From an uncultured delta proteobacterium (lineage in GTDB: Bacteria; Desulfobacterota; Desulfobaccia; Desulfobaccales; 0-14-0-80-60-11): a stretch of DNA of 64,000 bases. A model generated the notes under the pieces. It saw only the letters and a list, made by a program, of their open reading frames with translations, made no database searches and had not been told where the DNA came from. The stretch is from NCBI GenBank assembly GCA_963812015.1, contig CAWETI010000003.1, positions 1,952,001-2,016,000 of the forward strand, in the 5' to 3' direction. The position numbers and the translations under genes are program-made. Of the stretch, positions 58,034 to 64,000 are shown one piece after another. The stretch's first letter is position 1. Each line of letters starts with the position of its first letter.

Positions 58034-61000
58034 ATGGCGACACCCCATTCCGTAAATGAAGTCCGAGGGTCGGTCATGGTAGTTGGCGGCGGCATCGCCG
58101 GCATGCAAGCCGCGCTGGACGCAGCCAACTCAGGCTTTTATGTCCATCTTGTGGAGAAAGGACCCAGCATCGGCGGCACTATGGCGCAGATCGACAAGAC
58201 CTTTCCCACCAACGACTGCGCCATGTGAATTATCTCTCCGAAGCTGGTCGAGGTCGGCCGGCACATCAATATCCAGTTGCACACCCTCACCGAACTGCAG
58301 GATATTACCGGCGAGGAAGGCAATTTCACCGTCTCCCTGAGAAAGCAACCCCGCTATGTAGACGCTTCCAAGTGCACCGGCTGCGGCGACTGTGCCCGGG
58401 CCTGCCCGGTCAGCGCGCCGGACGAGTTTAATCTGGGACTGAGTGATTGTCGAGCCATTTATCGTTCCTATCCCCAGGCCATTCCCGCCACCTTTGCCAT
58501 CAAAAAGTTTGACCGGGCTCCGTGCGTGCGCGCCTGTCCGGCCAACGTCAATGCGCAGGGGTATATCCAGTTGATCAAAGCGGGGAAATACGCGGAAGCC
58601 CTCAGTCTCATCATGGAAAACCTGCCCCTGCCCGGCACCCTGGGGCGAATCTGCCCCCATCCGTGCGAAAGCAATTGCCGGCGGCAGGACATTGATGAAC
58701 CCATCTCCATCTGCGCCTTGAAGCGATTCGTCGCGGACCAGGTGGATTGGGAAACCCTGCCGGTCCCGGAAATCGACAAGCGGGATGAAGAGGTGGCCAT
58801 CATCGGTTCGGGGCCGGGCGGCCTGAGCTGCGCCTACCATCTGGCGCTGATGGGTTACCGGCCGGTGATCTTTGAGGCCGCGGCGGAGCCCGGCGGCTGG
58901 CTGCGCTACGGGGTGCCGGAATACCGGCTGCCCCGGGAAGTTTTACAGCGGGAAATCACCTACATCCAGCGGCTGGGGGTGGATATCCGCTGCAACTCGC
59001 CCATCACCCCGGAGCGCACCGTCAGCGATCTCATCGTCCGGGACGGCTATCCCGCGGTCTTTATGAGTGTCGGCTGCCAGGAATCCGTCCACATCCGGGT
59101 GCCCGGCATCGAGACCGAGGGCGTCGTCTGGGCGGCGGACTATTTGAAAGAGGTGGCCGCCACGGGTATCGCCCCCACCGCCGGGAAGCAAGTGGTGGTC
59201 GTCGGCGGCGGCAACGTAGGCATCGACGCGGCCCGCATCGCCCTCAGAAAGGGCGCCTCCCGGGTGACCATCGTCTGCCTGGAAAGCCGCGACGAGATGC
59301 CGGCCTCGCCCTGGGAATTGGAGGAGACCGAGAAGGAAGGCATCGAAATTATGCACAGTTGGGGGGTGAAGCAGATTCTCCCCGATAACGGCAAGGTGAA
59401 GGGAGTGTGGTTGAAGGCGGTGGCCCAGCTCTTTGACGAAGAGGGCCACTTTGCCCCGAAATATTTTGAGGACCAGCTTGCCACTTTGGACGCTGATATC
59501 GTCATCATGTCCATCGGCCAGCGGTCGTCCAATTTACGCTTTCTCACCGTGGCCGACGGCATTGAGTTGACCCCCCGGGGTCTGATCAAGGCGGACCCCT
59601 ACACCCTGGCCACCACCCGCAAAGGCGTGTTCGCGGGCGGCGACGTCGTGTCCGGACCCTATATCGCCATCGCGGCCATCGCGGACGGCCGGGAGGCGGC
59701 CATCTCCATCGACCGGTATCTGCGCGGCGTGGATCTGAAGGAAGGGCGCCAGTTTCCCCTGAGGCCACTGGCCAAAGGGAAATGGAATCCGCTTCCCAAA
59801 AACCCTGCCAAGCAGGGACGGGTTTCCATGCCTACCCTCCCTCCGGAGGAGTGGGGGCAGGGCTTCCAGGAAATCTGCCTGGGCCTTACGCCCGAGGCTG
59901 CCCAGGCCGAGGCCGACCGCTGTATCAATTGCGGCGTCTGTTCCGAATGCATGGAATGCGTGGCTGCCTGTCTGCCCGGCGCGGTGGATCACCGCCAGCC
60001 GCTCCAGACCGTGGACCTGGAGGAAGTCGGCTCCATCATCCTGGCCACCGGCTTTCAGCCTTTTGACCCACGGGGCCTCACCTATCTATATGGCGTCCAC
60101 CCCAACGTGGTCACCACTCTGGAATTTGAACGTTTTTTAAGCCCTGGCGGGCCGTTCCAAGGTCATGTCCGGAGGCTGTCAGACGACCGGGAGCCCAAGA
60201 AGATCGCCTGGCTGCTCTGTGTCGGCTCCCGGAGCACCCAAGAGGGCTCCCAGGCTTACTGCTCGTCGGTCTGTTGCATGACCTCCCTCAAGCAGGCCAT
60301 TATCGCCCGGGAACATATCGGCCCCGAGTTGGATATGGCGATTTTTTATATGGACATGCGGACTCCCCGAAAAGATTTTGAGAAATACTACCACCGGGCC
60401 ATGGGCCAGGGGGCGCGCTTGATCCGTTCCCGCGTCCACAGTGTCGAAGCCCGGGGGGATAGCGGAGACCTAGAGATCACCTATGTCACCGAAGCCGGCG
60501 AAACTTTCACCGAAACCTTTGATATGGTGGTGCTGGCCACCGGTATGGTGATTTCCCCCGGGACCCGGGATTTGGCCGAAACCCTGGGGGTTGAGTTGAG
60601 CCGCTATAACTTTGTGAACCACAGTTGCTTTGAACCCGTGGCCACGTCTCGAACCGGCATCTATGCCTGCGGCGTGCTTACGGGTCCCAAAGATATCCCC
60701 CAATCGGTCCGGGAGGGCAGCGCCGCGGCGGCCGCGGCCACCCGTCAACTGGCCCCGGCCCGGGGCACCCTGCTGAAGCAGAAAGTTTACCCGCCTGAAC
60801 AGGATGTCGCCGGGGAGGAGCCCCGGGTCGGCGTTTTTGTCTGCAACTGCGGCATCAATATCGGCGGAGTGGCCGATGTGCCGGCGGTGGCGGAATTTGC
60901 CCGGGGCATTCCTGATGTGGTCTATGTGCAGGAAAATCTCTTTACCTGCTCGGAAGACGCGCAATGCCAGATGATTGAGATGATCAAGGAGCATAATCTC

Positions 61001-62500
61001 AACCGGGTGGTGGTGGCGGCCTGCAGCCCCACCACGCACCAGCCGATCTTCATGGACATGCTCCGTAACGCTGGCCTGAATAAGTATCTCTTTGAAATGG
61101 CCAACATCCGCAATCAGTGCACCTGGGTCCATCAGTACAATCGGGATGCCGCGACGAGAAAATGCCAGGATCTGGTCAATATGGCGGTAGCCAAGGCCCG
61201 GTTGCTGCAACCCCTGGACTCCCTCTCGGTGGGGGTTACCCACAAGGCCCTGGTCGTGGGGGGCGGAGTCTCGGGCATGACCACTGCCCTGGCCCTGGCG
61301 GATCAGGGCTATGGCGTCGACCTGGCGGAAGGGATCGACAGTCTGGGTGGCAATGCCCTTAAACTGCACACCACCTGGCGGGGCGAGCAGGTCAAGCCGT
61401 ATCTGCATGAACTCATCGACCGGGTCCAAAAACACGACAATATCCACGTCCACTTCGAAGCCACCGTCATCGAGGCCGGCGGCGCCGTGGGCAACTTCAC
61501 TTCACGCCTGTCCAACGGCGCCCTGATTCAGCACGGCGTGGTGGTGCTGGCCACCGGGGCTGAGCCTTATCGCCCGGAGGGGCACTATCTCTACCGGAAA
61601 AATCCCCATGTGTTTCTCTCCCTGGATATGGATAGGGAGATCGCCACCAATAGCCGGCTGATCAAGAATGCCCAAGCCGCGGCCTTCATTCAATGCGTCG
61701 GTTCCCGTATTCCGGAGCGGCCTTACTGTAGCCGGGTGTGCTGTACCAGTTCCGTGGATAACGCCCTGAAATTCAAAGAGATCAATCCGGATATGGATGT
61801 CTATATCCTGTATCGGGATATGCGGACCTATGGCGAACGGGAATTCCTCTATCAGCAGGCGCTCCAGAAAGGGGTGATCTTCATTCGCTACCAGTTGGAC
61901 GATCTGCCCCAGGTGGAGGAGGTGGACGGCAGAATCCGCATCCGGGTAACGGATCACATCCTGGGGCGGCCGATTGCATTGACGGTGGATCTGTTAACTC
62001 TGGCCACCGCCATCGTCCCCCGGGCAAATACCCATCTGGCTGAGATGTACAAAGTGGCCCTCAATGAGGAGGGGTTCTTCTCAGAGGCCCACGCCAAGAT
62101 CAGGCCGGTGGACTGCGCCACCGAAGGCATCTTTCTGGCGGGCCTCTGCCACAACCCCAAGCCCCTGGAAGATTCCATCCGGTTGGGGCTGGCCGCCGCC
62201 GCCCGGGCCTCCACGATCCTGTCCCAAGACCATCTCGAATTGAATGCCAACATCGCCACGCCAATGGATGAAAATTGCGACGGCTGCGCCTTCTGTGTGG
62301 ACGGCTGCCCGTTCCGGGCGATTACCCTGTTGGAATATATGCGAGAGGGCCAACTCAAAAAGACGGTGGAGGTCAACGAAACGCAATGTAAAGGCTGCGG
62401 TTCCTGCATGGCCACCTGTCCGAAAGAGGGGATCGCGGTGGCAGGATTTTCCTTGCAGCAGATAAATGCCCAGGTTGAGGCGGCCATCGGCTTGATTTAA
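58034..62500 (+). CDS. hdrA: HdrL-type large heterodisulfide reductase A with inserted GltD-like NAD(P)H module; probable selenoprotein (UGA at 58226-58228)
   Basis: [25 protein letters not shown] continues in frame; GltD-like insert ([26 protein letters not shown]); CVGSR..YCSSVCC; second HdrA half; C-terminal ferredoxin. Confidence 0.9.
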
Positions 62501-62745
62501 ACAGCCGCGGCGCCACCTGAGAGATTTATTAATTGCTTTGTTTCTAAACTTCTTGATATTGATATGGACTTATGTTAATATATGCCATAGGGTCGGCTAG
62601 GAGATAAGGCAACAGCAGAGACAGACCTTATGTGCATACCTGGTTCTCGTGGAGCGAAAAATTCCCTGTCCCCCCAATCCGCCGGGAAGGCGAAGGTGCG
62701 GATCTGGCCGGGGACTAACACAGAGGCGAGGAGGAGGATGGTTTT

Positions 62746-64000
62746 ATGACTGACACCCTTTCCCCGGGGCAGAAGCAGGGCGCCGTGCTGGTGGTCGGAG
62801 GCGGCATTGCCGGGATCCAGGCGGCTCTGGATTTAGCTGATTCCGGGTTTTACGTTTATCTGGCGGAGAAAAGCGCCGGCATCGGCGGCACTATGTCGCA
62901 GTTGGACAAGACCTATCCCACCAACGACTGCGCCATGTGAATTATATCGCCCAAGCTGGTTGAGTGCGGTCGGCACTTAAACATAGAACTGTTGACGCTC
63001 ACGGAGTTGGAAAGCCTTTCCGGGGCAGCAGGCAATTTCACTGCCACTCTAAAGCAGAAGCCCCGCTACGTGGATATGGCCAAATGCATCGGCTGCGGAG
63101 TCTGCGCCGAAAAATGCCCGAAAAAGGTGGCCGATGAATACAATCTGGGGCTGGCGAAACGCAAGGCGATTTATGTCAAATACAGTCAAACCGTGCCGTT
63201 GAAGTACGCTATTGATGAGGCTAACTGCATTTATTTCAAAAAAGGCACCTGCAAGGCCTGCGAAAAACATTGCCCGGCCGGCGCCATCAAGCTTGACGAC
63301 CAGGGGGAACTCCGAACGATACAGGTCGGGGCGGTGCTCCTGGCCGCAGGCTTTCAGCCGTTTAACCCCAAAGTGTTTAATTCGTACGGTTACGGCAGGT
63401 ATCCCGGCGTGGTCACCAGCCTGGAGTTTGAACGTATTCTGAGCGCCTCCGGGCCGTTTGGGGGCCATGTGGTGCGACCGGCCGACAAGCAGGAGCCTAA
63501 ACGAATCGCCTGGCTACAGTGCGTTGGTTCCCGGGACACCAAGCCCGGCACGCATTCCTACTGTTCCGGGGTCTGCTGCATGTACGCCATTAAACAGGCG
63601 GTCATTGCCAAGGAACATTCCGGGGGCGATCTGGAAACCACCATCTTTTTCATGGACATGCGCACCCATGGCAAAGATTTCGACCGCTACTATGAGAACG
63701 CCCAGGACAAGTTCGGGGTGCGGTTTATTCGCTCCCGGGTGCACTCCCTATTGATGCCGGACCCGGAAACCAAGCAATTGGAAGTGTCCTATGTGGATGA
63801 AAACGGCGACCTGCACCAGGAAGGGTTTGATCTGGTAGTCCTGTCCGTCGGTCTGGAGGTACCGGAGGATTTTCGCGCCCTGGCCGACAAAGTGGGGGTG
63901 GAACTGGACCGTCACGGTTTCGTGGACGCCACCTCCTTTGCCCCGGTGGCCTCATCCCGGCCCGGCATCTACGTCTGCGGCGCCCTGGCCGGCCCCAAGG
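62746..64000 (+). CDS. hdrA: HdrA-family flavoprotein, probable selenoprotein (UGA at 62938-62940), 3'-truncated by the window edge
   Basis: [64 protein letters not shown]. Confidence 0.9.

Noticed and set aside
57884..62500. hdrA as a split gene or pseudogene (ORFs 57884-58228 and 58277-62500)
   Set aside because: Both pieces are in the same frame, the UGA is at a conserved Cys position with a hairpin, and the pattern repeats in the paralog

Overview
64 kb of GC-rich bacterial DNA. The gene content (Hdr-type flavoproteins, several sigma-54 systems, GcvH-like proteins, in-frame UGA codons) suggests an anaerobic deltaproteobacterium of the Desulfobacterota; that assignment is inference. From left to right: an ABC/MFP/TolC efflux operon end, a metallophosphoesterase, a DUF362-ferredoxin, a PEP-utilizer-like kinase, a class III cyclase-AAA-TPR protein, a glycyl-radical enzyme (GRE) locus with an SCP2-like gene, glycosyltransferases with an O-antigen ligase, an HdrD-like protein, glycerate dehydrogenase and kinase, a GltD-like flavoprotein, a kdpFABC-kdpD' operon behind a sigma-54 two-component pair, an internally deleted IS256, a RiPP cluster, a tRNA-Ala 3' fragment (att-like), an ArsR regulator, a second sigma-54 two-component system with archaemetzincin, three GcvH-like genes, and two HdrA-family genes with in-frame UGA (probable selenocysteine). 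The standout is the minus-strand cluster at 43023-47480. It encodes a 61-aa precursor whose C-terminus is an uninterrupted run of aromatic-first triplets (FPF-WGN-WGN-WRN-WRN-WHN-WSN-WHN-WFN-WWT), followed by two radical SAM/SPASM enzymes and an ABC exporter. It is a candidate new poly-cyclophane (triceptide-like) RiPP system. All calls come from reading motifs by eye; no database searches were run.
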